Below, one piece after another: positions 31,276 through 39,113 of a DNA stretch of 42,733 nucleotides. Position 1 is the first letter of the stretch. Every line of letters starts with the position of its first letter. The stretch comes from a virus. The notes beneath the pieces are model-generated. The model saw only the letters and a list, made by a program, of their open reading frames with translations, was not told the origin of the DNA and searched no databases. The stretch lies in the IMG/VR virus record IMGVR_UViG_3300050335_000080. One strand, given 5' to 3'. The position numbers and the translations under genes are program-made.

Positions 31276-32954
31276 GGCGCATTCCCCGTCAGTCCGCCCA
31301 GGAGCATGTCCATGGCCGTGCTCTGTCCCACCGGCGTGTCGGCCAGGAGCCTCGCGCTCTGCGCCCCGGACTGCACCTGCTCCAGAGCCTGCTGCGCCTG
31401 GATCTGCTGCGCCTCCTGCTCGAGGCGGGCCAGAGCCTCTTCGGTGGGGCGCAGGATGTCCGCCGGAACGCCCACGTAGGTGCCGTATTTCTGCAGCGCC
31501 GCCATGGCGTCAATCTTGTGGCGCACCTCCGGAAACGCCGCCAGGAGATTCCCCGCGAAGGCCATGGTCTGCTCGATGGCTGCCGTCCCCACCATCCGCT
31601 GCGCCTGGGCGAGCACCGAGACGTACTCCGCCTTGATCTCCTCGCCCTGGAGGTCCGGGGGAGGCGGCGGCAGGATCCCCGCGTCCAGCGCCCGGGAAAA
31701 GGTCTGGTCGATCACCGGGTCGAGCATTTCGTTGTAGAGCTGCTCGAGGACGGGCCCGAGCATGAGGAGTTTTTCCTCATGCCGCTCCGCCACTTCCGTG
31801 GCCGTCATCTGGTTCCGGTCGAGATTGGAGAGCATAAGGAACAGGTCGGAGAAAAAGGCCCGCTCCACGTTCACCCCCACCCGCTGGATCTTCGCCTCGA
31901 TGGCCTCGATGTCCGGCCGTCCGTCGTAGATGCTCCGGATCCCCGCCTGGTTCGTGTCGGGGACGTAGTTGATGCCCCCGGGCACCGTGCTCAGGCCGTA
32001 CTGCTGCATCAGGCTCGCCGGGGCCTGCAGCGGCGGATCGATCACCTTCTGGATAGCCGTCAGGCAGTCCGTCTGCAGCTGCTGGATCATCTTGGCGTTG
32101 CCCAGGGCGAACCACCCGGGACTGCCCTTGCTGTACACGTCGTCGCTCACCACGGACCACCGTGGCGTGATGGCAGGGAAGTACTTGTAGCCGCTCGTCC
32201 GGAGGAAACGCCCTGCCCTGTCGCCCGGGTCCCAGTGGACGGACAGGAAGGGCAGGTTTTTGCTGGTGGCCTTTCCCTGCTCCCGCCACTCGTTGGGCAG
32301 AATCATCTGCACCAGGTCGAACCGCTGGCGGCTGTTCCCCTGCCGGTAGGCGTCCTTCACGCTTTCCGATACGTTGTCCAGACCGTATTCCGTCACCATC
32401 TGCAGGGCGGTCATGGAAAACTCCCTGCCCAGGACGGAGACGTGATTCTTTCCGTCCGTGCCCAGGACGAATTCCCCGATGGTGAAGGGGCGCACCCGGA
32501 TCACCGTCTCGAAATCCGGCTCGATCAGGAAGGCGTGGGTGCCGAAGGCTCCGCACTCGGAATAGGTCGCCTGGAATGCGGAATAGGCGTTGCTCTTGGC
32601 GAAGATCCTCATCAGGACGGTGCCCACGTGGTCGAGCCATGCCCTCAGTTCAGGATAGTCGCTCTTCTCGGGATCTCCCGGCGTCACCAGTTTGAACCAT
32701 GGGTGGGCGGGGTTGGTCAGGCCGCTTCTCATGCCCGATGCGAAGTTGCGATGAGCGAGCCGTGCGCTGTCGTCGATGATCAGGGTGTCGTTGCGTTGTC
32801 CGTCGTTGGTGTCGCTCGGGGAGCCGAACCGTCCTCTATCGGGGCAGATGTAGTCCGAAATGTCCCGCCAGGTGGTGAGCCAGGGGGACCGCTCGTCCTT
32901 CAGCCCCTGCCAGCGGACGGCAAGGTCCTCCCTCAGTCTGGCGAGGTCCTGCAT
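31272..32954 (-). CDS. Portal (podovirus head-tail connector type)
   Basis: The real start is probably the ATG at 32954 (MQDLARLREDLAVRWQGLKDERSPWLTTWRDISDYICPDRGRF). 560 aa. Gene order is terL, small ORF, portal. Confidence 0.8.
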   Translation of the reverse strand: MQDLARLREDLAVRWQGLKDERSPWLTTWRDISDYICPDRGRFGSPSDTNDGQRNDTLIIDDSARLAHRNFASGMRSGLTNPAHPWFKLVTPGDPEKSDYPELRAWLDHVGTVLMRIFAKSNAYSAFQATYSECGAFGTHAFLIEPDFETVIRVRPFTIGEFVLGTDGKNHVSVLGREFSMTALQMVTEYGLDNVSESVKDAYRQGNSRQRFDLVQMILPNEWREQGKATSKNLPFLSVHWDPGDRAGRFLRTSGYKYFPAITPRWSVVSDDVYSKGSPGWFALGNAKMIQQLQTDCLTAIQKVIDPPLQAPASLMQQYGLSTVPGGINYVPDTNQAGIRSIYDGRPDIEAIEAKIQRVGVNVERAFFSDLFLMLSNLDRNQMTATEVAERHEEKLLMLGPVLEQLYNEMLDPVIDQTFSRALDAGILPPPPPDLQGEEIKAEYVSVLAQAQRMVGTAAIEQTMAFAGNLLAAFPEVRHKIDAMAALQKYGTYVGVPADILRPTEEALARLEQEAQQIQAQQALEQVQSGAQSARLLADTPVGQSTAMDMLLGGLTGNAP

Positions 32955-32955
32955 G

Positions 32956-33162
32956 CTACTGCCCCAGAAGGGTCTTGCCGGGCGTGGTTGAGGTCGGAGT
33001 CTGGACTCCTGCCGGGCCGGTGAGCATGGTGCTCGAGTAACCCCGCTGTCTGGAGAGTCTCCGGCGTTCCTGTTCCCGGGCGTCCAGAGCGGCCGTGTTG
33101 GTGTCCAGGGTCTCCCGTTTCGTGGGCGCCGGCGGCGTCTTGGGTGTTGGCGCAAGGCACAT
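32956..33162 (-). CDS. Small basic protein between terL and the portal gene
   Basis: AGAGGAGG RBS directly after the terL stop. It ends 1 nt before the portal ATG. The sequence includes ...ERRRLSRQRGYSSTMLTGPAG... Confidence 0.6.
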   Translation of the reverse strand: MCLAPTPKTPPAPTKRETLDTNTAALDAREQERRRLSRQRGYSSTMLTGPAGVQTPTSTTPGKTLLGQ

Positions 33163-33166
33163 TTCT

Positions 33167-35719
33167 TTACCTCCTCTTCATTCGATGCCGTTCCAAGGGG
33201 TTGTAGGGTTCGTTCCTCTGCGGCACCGGGTTGTATTGCTTCTTCTGCACGGGGGCGGCGAATGTCAGCGCCAGGGCGTCCCCGTCGTCGGGGCTCTGCA
33301 GGCCACGGGCTTTCATGTCGTCTTTGCTCTCAAGGTACATGCGGCCACGGGAATCGTAGTAGTACTCCGGGCTGGTGAGGTCCTCCTCCAGGTCCTGGGT
33401 TTCCCTCCCCTTCGCGGGGAGAGAGGCCCCGTCCCGCAGCCACTTCCTGATGCCGTCCCACATCTCCGCCCGGCGGTTGACGTACAGCGTTTCGTTCAGC
33501 GCCTTCCCGCCGAACTGGATCCCCTGGACGGGAACGCCGAGCTGCACCAGGCGGTCGTAGACTCCGGCCCCCATGGCGCCCATGTCAAGGAATATGGCGT
33601 CGGGCTTCTCCTGGGTGTTGTAGGTGGCCACGATGTCGGCGAACTGCATGGTATCGATGCCGGTCTGCTTGTAGAGTCTCCGTGCCCCGAGCCCCTGCCT
33701 GCGGTAGATGACGCAGGAGTCCCCGCCGAAGCGGGCCACGTCCACACCCAGGATGACCGGGGCGGAGTCGAACTCGTCCGGCTTGTAGACGGTGCTGTGG
33801 GCCTGTCGTATCAGGTCGGCTCCGATGAGCTGGTTGTCGGCGGCGTCGGGGAATTCCCCCAGGACGCGCACCTTGACGAAGTCGCTGTCGATGCCGTGAT
33901 CCTCGATCCATTCGTCGATCTGTTTCTTGTTGGTGATCCTGACCGTCCGGGCATCCACCTTGTAGTGCCGCCATCGGTGCTTGTTCCGGCGGAAGGTCTC
34001 CCGGAAGGCCCCGGTGTTTCGTGTGGGGTTGCCGAAGGCCAGCCAGAGGATCTCCGTGTCCTGGTCCGTGAGGGCGCCCTCGGTGACCTCCCAGATGGTG
34101 TCGCTGACGGCGCTTGCCTCGTCGAATATGACCACGATCCGCTTGCCCGAGTTGTGCAGCCCTGCGAAGGCCTCGGAGTTATGCTCGCTCCAGGGGATGG
34201 CGTCGGCCCGCCAGGTCAGTTCGTATTTCTTGTCAGCCGATGCGATGGATGTGGCGGACAGGTCGAACCAGTGCCCGCAGATGCACCTTTGTTTCCACTT
34301 GGCCAGCTCGCTCCAGGTCTTCGTTTTCAGCTGCGTGCCCGTGTTTGCCGTCACAACGCCCTTCGCCCCCGGACAGGTGGACAGCGCCCACAGGAGAATC
34401 CACGCCACAAGGGCGGAATTATGGGTCACAATAAAATCGTTCGCCAGGTAGAGCCCGTCACGGTTCGCCACGGTGATGCACATGCAGTCCTCGGAGGTGC
34501 CGGTGTGCTCGATCGATTCGATCCAGCGTGTCAGATACCGGTCCTCGATTTCAGGCTTCACCCGGCGCTGCCTGCGCCCGGCGTAGAACAGCCTGAATTC
34601 CCTGGGCATGGTCAGTGTCACCCTGTAGCAGTACTTGCACTCTATCTCACGGCCGTCGGGGCTTCTGTATTTCCCGAGCTTCGGTGTGGGTTGAAGCGTC
34701 GCCTTCCCCCCCAGGGACCGGGCGAGCCATGCGATGTCGTCGGCGAGTTCCCTGCTCGTGGTGCTGTAGACGGCGGATCCATGGGTGTTGCACTCGCCGT
34801 CGGCGTCCATGAGCCCCCGGAGAAGCTCTGCCCGGGTGGAAATGTCGTTTGTCTTGTAGATCCCGGGGATAAACCGTTCGCAGCTCCCATTGTCGAACAG
34901 TCCCAGCTCGACCAGCGCGTTCTTGATTCCGTACACGCTGCAGACCAGACCATTGCTTCCAATATCGTCCTTTATGACGTTGACGTCCCCGAGGGAGCAC
35001 AGACGGTCGACGCTTTCACCGTTCAGACTGTTGCACGTTATTCGTCCCGTGTTTCTTCCGCCGTTGCCGATCCACAGGCCGAGAATGTATGGATGCAGCG
35101 GGACGGGTTTGTGGGGAAATTCTGCGGCGCCATGGGCGGGGATCTCCCATTGACGTGCCTGCGCCCGTCCGTTTTTGCGTTTGACTCCGGCGCTGATCAG
35201 TTCTGATGTGGTCATGGTCAGCCACTCGAGAGATGCGCCGTTTTTCCCGTCGTTCCTGCGCTGCGCCCGGCCCCGCACTGTCCAGTTGTGGTCTTGGCCG
35301 CACAGCGTGGAGCTGCCGTCGTCAAAGGTGACCCTGTAGATGTCCAGCACTCCGTTTTCGTGGATCTGGAGTATCCTGACGGGGCGACCGTCCGATCCGA
35401 AGACGGTGTCGCCGGGCTTCAGGTCTCCCCATCTCCGGAACCCGTCCGGGGTGGGGATGATGAGGCTCTTGGGCTGAACTTTCCCGACCCCGTGACCGCT
35501 GGAGACGGCGATCCGCAGGGCGTCGTTCGGGGTGAGGCCGTCCCGGATGTCCGCCAGGACCTGTTCCTGCCAGGCGTCGGGGCCCGTGTACTCGGCGAGG
35601 TCGCCCTTGCCCCACTCGAAGGCGTATCGCACCCAGGAGAGGGGGTCCCCGGAGAGGAGCGCCATGTCCTCGCAGAGCGCCTCCTCGGGGTCCAAGACTG
35701 CCGCGGCGTCCCGGATCAT
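33167..35719 (-). CDS. terL: Terminase large subunit, interrupted by an intein in the Walker A loop
   Basis: The exteins read ...AVSSGHGVGK / SALVAWILLWALSTCPGAKGVVTANTGTQLK..., which restores GxxxxGKS. Walker B is RIVVIFDEASAV. 850 aa in total, about 496 aa without the insert. ATGA overlap with terS. Confidence 0.9.
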   Translation of the reverse strand: MIRDAAAVLDPEEALCEDMALLSGDPLSWVRYAFEWGKGDLAEYTGPDAWQEQVLADIRDGLTPNDALRIAVSSGHGVGKVQPKSLIIPTPDGFRRWGDLKPGDTVFGSDGRPVRILQIHENGVLDIYRVTFDDGSSTLCGQDHNWTVRGRAQRRNDGKNGASLEWLTMTTSELISAGVKRKNGRAQARQWEIPAHGAAEFPHKPVPLHPYILGLWIGNGGRNTGRITCNSLNGESVDRLCSLGDVNVIKDDIGSNGLVCSVYGIKNALVELGLFDNGSCERFIPGIYKTNDISTRAELLRGLMDADGECNTHGSAVYSTTSRELADDIAWLARSLGGKATLQPTPKLGKYRSPDGREIECKYCYRVTLTMPREFRLFYAGRRQRRVKPEIEDRYLTRWIESIEHTGTSEDCMCITVANRDGLYLANDFIVTHNSALVAWILLWALSTCPGAKGVVTANTGTQLKTKTWSELAKWKQRCICGHWFDLSATSIASADKKYELTWRADAIPWSEHNSEAFAGLHNSGKRIVVIFDEASAVSDTIWEVTEGALTDQDTEILWLAFGNPTRNTGAFRETFRRNKHRWRHYKVDARTVRITNKKQIDEWIEDHGIDSDFVKVRVLGEFPDAADNQLIGADLIRQAHSTVYKPDEFDSAPVILGVDVARFGGDSCVIYRRQGLGARRLYKQTGIDTMQFADIVATYNTQEKPDAIFLDMGAMGAGVYDRLVQLGVPVQGIQFGGKALNETLYVNRRAEMWDGIRKWLRDGASLPAKGRETQDLEEDLTSPEYYYDSRGRMYLESKDDMKARGLQSPDDGDALALTFAAPVQKKQYNPVPQRNEPYNPLERHRMKRR
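34418..35479 (-). mobile_element. Intein (354 aa, TerL aa 81-434) with a LAGLIDADG homing-endonuclease core and class-3 (WCT) hallmarks
   Basis: Block A-like VQPKSLIIPTPDGF, block B ...CGQDHNWTV, LAGLIDADG motifs ILGLWIGNGG and LLRGLMDADGE, block F DCMCITVANRDGLYLAN, and block G DFIVTHN followed by Ser+1. Confidence 0.8.
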
Positions 35720-36315
35720 TGGAGTTTCATCCGTTCCCGGGCGGCCTGGATCCGGTCCGCGATGCTCACGTTCACGGTCAGGTCGCCGCCCTTGATGATG
35801 CCCGTGGCCTCAGAGAGGATCCTGAGCGACGGGTCCTTGGCGTGCATCTCCACCACCACGCCGTCCTTCGTGCGCCGGATCGTCTTGATGGCCGCCGTCA
35901 CCTCACTGGGGAGGGAGTCTGTTGGCCGGACGTACACCATGGGCTCGCCGAAGGGGAGCCCATACTGGCCGCCGTTCTCGTCCGCTTCCTGGTCCAGGGC
36001 GGCCTGGTAATCCGGGTCCTCGGGCAACACCACCCGTACCACGTCCGTGATGTCGCTTGTCGCCAGGGAGACAAGCTGCCGGTAGACAAATTTGCGCAGT
36101 TCGTCCGGGTTGTCCACGGCCGCGTGGGCCGCTTCCCGCTCCAGTTCCCGCACCCGGGAGCGAATCTCAACTCTCTTCAACAGCCGCGAAGCCTGACTGT
36201 AACTGGTTTTTTCGCTATATCCGGCCTTGATGGCGGCCTGGGTTCCATTTCTCTTGAGGTCCGCGCTGTAAAACTGGCAGAAACGCTCTTCCATTGCGCT
36301 CAGGGGGCGCGCCAT
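35716..36315 (-). CDS. terS: Terminase small subunit (Terminase_2-like)
   Basis: ATG at 36315 after GGAGG. MEERFCQFYSADLKRNGTQAAIKAGYSEKTSYSQASRLLKRVEIRSRVRELE is the classic TerS HTH N-terminus. Confidence 0.85.
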   Translation of the reverse strand: MARPLSAMEERFCQFYSADLKRNGTQAAIKAGYSEKTSYSQASRLLKRVEIRSRVRELEREAAHAAVDNPDELRKFVYRQLVSLATSDITDVVRVVLPEDPDYQAALDQEADENGGQYGLPFGEPMVYVRPTDSLPSEVTAAIKTIRRTKDGVVVEMHAKDPSLRILSEATGIIKGGDLTVNVSIADRIQAARERMKLQ

Positions 36316-36341
36316 CCGAATCACCTCCGATCTGTGATATG

Positions 36342-36368
36342 AAAAAGGCCGCCCCTGGGGAGACGGCC
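36342..36368 (-). terminator. Intrinsic-terminator-like hairpin 27 nt upstream of the terS start codon
   Basis: The minus strand reads GGCCGTCTC-CCCA-GGGGCGGCC (a 9-bp stem including two G-U pairs) followed by TTTTTC. Confidence 0.55.
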
Positions 36369-36416
36369 GTGCTCCTGACACCGGCAAGGTAGCGAATTGC
36401 CCGGCGGGTGTCTGCC

Positions 36417-36446
36417 AATAAAAAAGGCGACCTGGTAAGGGTCGCC
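36417..36446 (-). terminator. Strong intrinsic terminator downstream of the ArpU-like gene and upstream of terS
   Basis: The minus strand reads GGCGACC-cttacca-GGTCGCC followed by TTTTTTATT. Confidence 0.7.
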
Positions 36447-36556
36447 TGCTGCAAGAGGGGTGTTGCCGGTATAAAAAGGAGGAGTGAAAGGAGCCTTGAT
36501 ACACTACGGGATATGGCGATGGTACCCTAAAAAGTGGGGCGCTGACAATGCCCAAG

Positions 36557-37054
36557 TTATCCACAATGGCACAACAGGCGGAGCGCTTCCTCCCGGCGGG
36601 CCTGTTCTCTGTGCCGCCACCGCCGCACCACCGGGTAGACGCGGAAGACCGGGCCGCTCAGCACGTCGTAGCTCAGGCTGCGGCGGATCCGGATCCACTT
36701 CTCCCCGCAGTTGTGCGTCTCGCAGATCTCCTGCAGGGAAAGGCGCCTGAAGAAGAGCGCGTCCACCACGGCGTACATGGACTCGGAAAGATCCCCCAGG
36801 GCGCCGCTGATCACCTCCACCACGGCGGAAAGCTCGCAGTACTCCACGTCGGAGGTTAGGGCGAGGAGCACCCGTTCCTGGGCCGGGATGGACGTCCCTC
36901 CCTGGATGCGCCCGCAGTCGGCTCCTCCGCTCCGCGCCAGGGACTCCAGATACTCCCGCCGCTGGCGCAGGCAGAGGCACAGCGAGGGAAAATCCCTCAG
37001 CACCGAGTCCACTATCCGCCGGTCGTCCAGGGAGCACCGGTTTCCCCCCATCAT
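36557..37054 (-). CDS. Late-gene transcriptional activator candidate (ArpU/RinA-like, sigma-70 region-4-type HTH)
   Basis: VVDALFFRRLSLQEICETHNCGEKWIRIRRS resembles a region 4.2 HTH. It is the last gene before the terminase genes. I preferred this frame over the Arg/Gly/Pro-rich frame at 36504..37073. Confidence 0.5.
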   Translation of the reverse strand: MMGGNRCSLDDRRIVDSVLRDFPSLCLCLRQRREYLESLARSGGADCGRIQGGTSIPAQERVLLALTSDVEYCELSAVVEVISGALGDLSESMYAVVDALFFRRLSLQEICETHNCGEKWIRIRRSLSYDVLSGPVFRVYPVVRRWRHREQARREEALRLLCHCG

Positions 37055-37494
37055 TCCACTCCCGTCGAGCCAAAGCCGGCCGCTCCCCGTTCTGATTCGC
37101 CCAGGACGTCCACGGGAACGAAGGCGGCTCCCGCCACGGAGAGAACCAGCAGCTGGGCGATACGGTCCCCCGGGTTGATTGTGATGGTCAGGTCGCCCAG
37201 GTTGACGATGGGCACCCGGATCTCCCCCCGGTACCCGCTGTCGATGATGCCGGGCGAGTTCAGGACCGTGAGACCGAACTTCACCGCCAGTCCGCTCCTG
37301 GGACAGACGAGGCCGACGTGTCCGTCGGGGATCTCGAGGTGGACGCCCGTGGGCAGGTTCTTCCGCTCGCCGGGAGAGAGAAAGACGGGCTTCTCCCCGC
37401 AGTACCGCAGGTCCGCGCCGGCGTCGCCTTCGTGTTTTCTCTCGGGAATGAACCCCTCGGCTGTCACGGCCGGTATGGTGATTGTGGTGATCAT
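37051..37494 (-). CDS. dut: dUTP diphosphatase (trimeric dUTPase)
   Basis: The motifs are AGADLR, GLVCPRSGLAVK, GIIDSGYRGEIRV, GDRIAQLLV and RGAAGFGSTG. ATG at 37494, with ATGA overlaps at both ends. Confidence 0.9.
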   Translation of the reverse strand: MITTITIPAVTAEGFIPERKHEGDAGADLRYCGEKPVFLSPGERKNLPTGVHLEIPDGHVGLVCPRSGLAVKFGLTVLNSPGIIDSGYRGEIRVPIVNLGDLTITINPGDRIAQLLVLSVAGAAFVPVDVLGESERGAAGFGSTGVE

Positions 37495-37778
37495 CGTTGC
37501 TTCGCCTCCATCCTGTCCAGAGTCTCCGTGATCCGGGCGCCGTTCTCCCGGGAAATGTTCGCCGCGATGCCCCGCAGCCGCTCCACCAGGATGATGTGGT
37601 CCTCCAGCTGCCGCCGGGCGTGGTGCAGGCCGTAGGCGAGGTTGCTTATGTACTTGCAGTTCGCGCAGGTCCTGCAGGTGTGGGGGATCTCCTCCGCCCA
37701 CGGAGGGGTGGCCTTCTTCTCGGCAGTGTCGTTAAAAGCCACCCTTTTCCACCCACCTTTCAACCTTCTTTGATTCAA
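37491..37778 (-). CDS. Hypothetical protein (possible CxxC element HTCRTCANC)
   Basis: The frame is open and the composition balanced. The start is uncertain (37778, or GTG at 37742) because it overlaps the upstream gene. Confidence 0.5.
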   Translation of the reverse strand: MNQRRLKGGWKRVAFNDTAEKKATPPWAEEIPHTCRTCANCKYISNLAYGLHHARRQLEDHIILVERLRGIAANISRENGARITETLDRMEAKQR

Positions 37779-37977
37779 GTTCCAGCAGCTCGATCTTCTT
37801 CCGGATATACTGCTCCGCCTTCCTGAGGTCTTCTATGGCGTCGCCTTTTTTGCCGCAGCGGACGATGTACTTTAGCGCACAGCCCAGAAAATAATCCAGC
37901 CCCTGGTCCGCGATAAAATCCCAGCACTCGATCCTTCCCTGGGTGTAATGGGGCGGATGATGGATCATGTCAGCCAT
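37732..37977 (-). CDS. DUF3310-family protein
   Basis: MADMIHHPPHYTQGRIECWDFIADQGLDYFLGCALKYIVRCGKKGDAIEDLRKAEQYI fits the HPxHY...E...KY..R...K..EDL.KA.Y pattern. ATG at 37977 after GAGGGGG. Confidence 0.7.
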   Translation of the reverse strand: MADMIHHPPHYTQGRIECWDFIADQGLDYFLGCALKYIVRCGKKGDAIEDLRKAEQYIRKKIELLELESKKVERWVEKGGF

Positions 37978-38167
37978 TGCCGTTCCCCCTCGCTTTCCTG
38001 ATGGCCTCGTCGATAACCCGAAGTGCTTCATTCGCCGGGTCTCCGTCATCAGGCATACAGATATACCCGAGCTCAATCCCATTGGCTATAAATTGCTTCG
38101 CTGTTTCAAGCGCCTCCAACAACATGAGTTTTTCGTCAATCATTTCATTGAACATGCTGAGGGGCAT
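37970..38167 (-). CDS. Hypothetical 65-aa acidic protein
   Basis: GGGAGG lies 7 nt upstream of the ATG at 38167. It overlaps the next gene by 8 nt. Confidence 0.5.
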   Translation of the reverse strand: MPLSMFNEMIDEKLMLLEALETAKQFIANGIELGYICMPDDGDPANEALRVIDEAIRKARGNGNG

Positions 38168-38172
38168 TCCCG

Positions 38173-38361
38173 TCACCTCCCATTCCACGCCTCGGCGGCC
38201 GCCGACCGGAGCCCCGACTCCACCTCCGAGAAATACCGAGCCGTCCCCAGCCGGGGAAGCTCTCGCAGCGTCCCGGGAAGCTGAACGCCCAGGAACATCA
38301 CCAGAAACGCCATGCGCAGAACTCTGTGCTGCCGGAAAATCCATTTCGAGAAAGCCCGCAT
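38173..38361 (-). CDS. Hypothetical 62-aa protein with one hydrophobic helix
   Basis: AAAGGGGAG lies 7 nt upstream of the ATG at 38361. The hydrophobic stretch is MAFLVMFLGV. Confidence 0.45.
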   Translation of the reverse strand: MRAFSKWIFRQHRVLRMAFLVMFLGVQLPGTLRELPRLGTARYFSEVESGLRSAAAEAWNGR

Positions 38362-38432
38362 AATAATCTCCCCTTTCGAACTGCCGAGGAATCCTCGGTA
38401 GTTGGACCGTTTCCACTTCGGAAACGGTTGCC

Positions 38433-38744
38433 CTAAAACAGCGAAAGCTGCCTTCGTACTGCCCCCAGACTGATGAGCCATTGAAGCGCCTCGGCGCACG
38501 CTTTTGGGTTTCTGTCTTCTTCTTCGATCCGGTCACAGAGATCCAGCACTGCCGCCGCAAGGGCATCGTCCCTCGCCTCGTATGCTTCGTCATGGTTCAA
38601 ACAGCCGCAATATCCGGAAAACGTGTTCATTTTGTCGTGCAGGTCGAGCTGGTTCATATACCTCCAACTGCCGTCATCGCAATGGACAAGAGTAATTATT
38701 GTTTTGCTCCTCCTGCCGGAGAATTCCAGGAGGTTTTTCTCCAT
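38433..38744 (-). CDS. Hypothetical 103-aa protein
   Basis: The composition is balanced (MEKNLLEFSGRRSKTIITLVHCDDGSWRYMNQLDLHDK...). It is preceded by an A7G8 tract ending in GGGAG. Confidence 0.55.
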   Translation of the reverse strand: MEKNLLEFSGRRSKTIITLVHCDDGSWRYMNQLDLHDKMNTFSGYCGCLNHDEAYEARDDALAAAVLDLCDRIEEEDRNPKACAEALQWLISLGAVRRQLSLF

Positions 38745-38755
38745 GGCTCCCGCAC

Positions 38756-38892
38756 CCCCCCCTTTTTTTCCTACGCCGCCATCACCAGAACGCCGACCAG
38801 GAACCCCATGACGAACGTGATGCCCGAAATGAAAAACATCGCCCCTTCCGTGAACCTCATGCCCCCGCCTCCTCCCCGAACAGCTGCCCCTG
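38756..38892. repeat. 137-bp direct repeat, copy 1 (partner at 39327-39463)
   Basis: The two copies align at a constant offset of 571 nt with a single mismatch (g/c in ...ccccat[g/c]acgaac...). The flanking poly-C run differs (C8 vs C7). Confidence 0.9.
38771..38860 (-). CDS. 29-aa hydrophobic peptide, copy 1 (MRFTEGAMFFISGITFVMGFLVGVLVMAA)
   Basis: GGGGAGGAGG RBS. It lies entirely inside repeat copy 1. It is in frame with the upstream ORF that extends to 39067. Confidence 0.4.
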   Translation of the reverse strand: MRFTEGAMFFISGITFVMGFLVGVLVMAA

Positions 38893-39067
38893 TCCTTGGA
38901 CAGCCATGCCCCCAGTTCCCTGCGGGCAACCTCAAGACAGACCTCCCTGGTCTGGAACCTCTCATGTTCGACCGCAGGGTTAAACCCGAAGCCGCGTTAC
39001 GTGTTTGCGGTACATCGGCTTGACTAAGCGCCGATTTTGTAGTATCTATTCCAATAGATTCGATCAT
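38771..39067 (-). CDS. Alternative 98-aa reading that fuses a unique N-terminus to hydrophobic peptide copy 1
   Basis: AAAGGAGCGGAGAA precedes the ATG at 39067. The middle segment (RGSRPGRSVLRLPAGNWGHGCPRTG) looks non-protein-like, so coding status is doubtful. Confidence 0.3.
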   Translation of the reverse strand: MIESIGIDTTKSALSQADVPQTRNAASGLTLRSNMRGSRPGRSVLRLPAGNWGHGCPRTGAAVRGGGGGMRFTEGAMFFISGITFVMGFLVGVLVMAA

Positions 39068-39085
39068 TTCTCCGCTCCTTTCGCC

Positions 39086-39113
39086 GCCGACCTCGCCCGG
39101 TCGGCTTTTTTTT
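39086..39113 (+). terminator. Plus-strand intrinsic terminator in an otherwise minus-strand region
   Basis: Stem gccgacc (39086-39092) and ggtcggc (39099-39105) with loop tcgccc, followed by T8 (39106-39113). Confidence 0.6.

Noticed and set aside
36504-37073. The alternative 189-aa frame overlapping the ArpU-like gene.
   Set aside because: Its translation is Arg/Gly/Pro-rich and featureless. The 165-aa frame at 36557..37054 has balanced composition, an HTH-like segment and start/stop overlaps typical of this operon.
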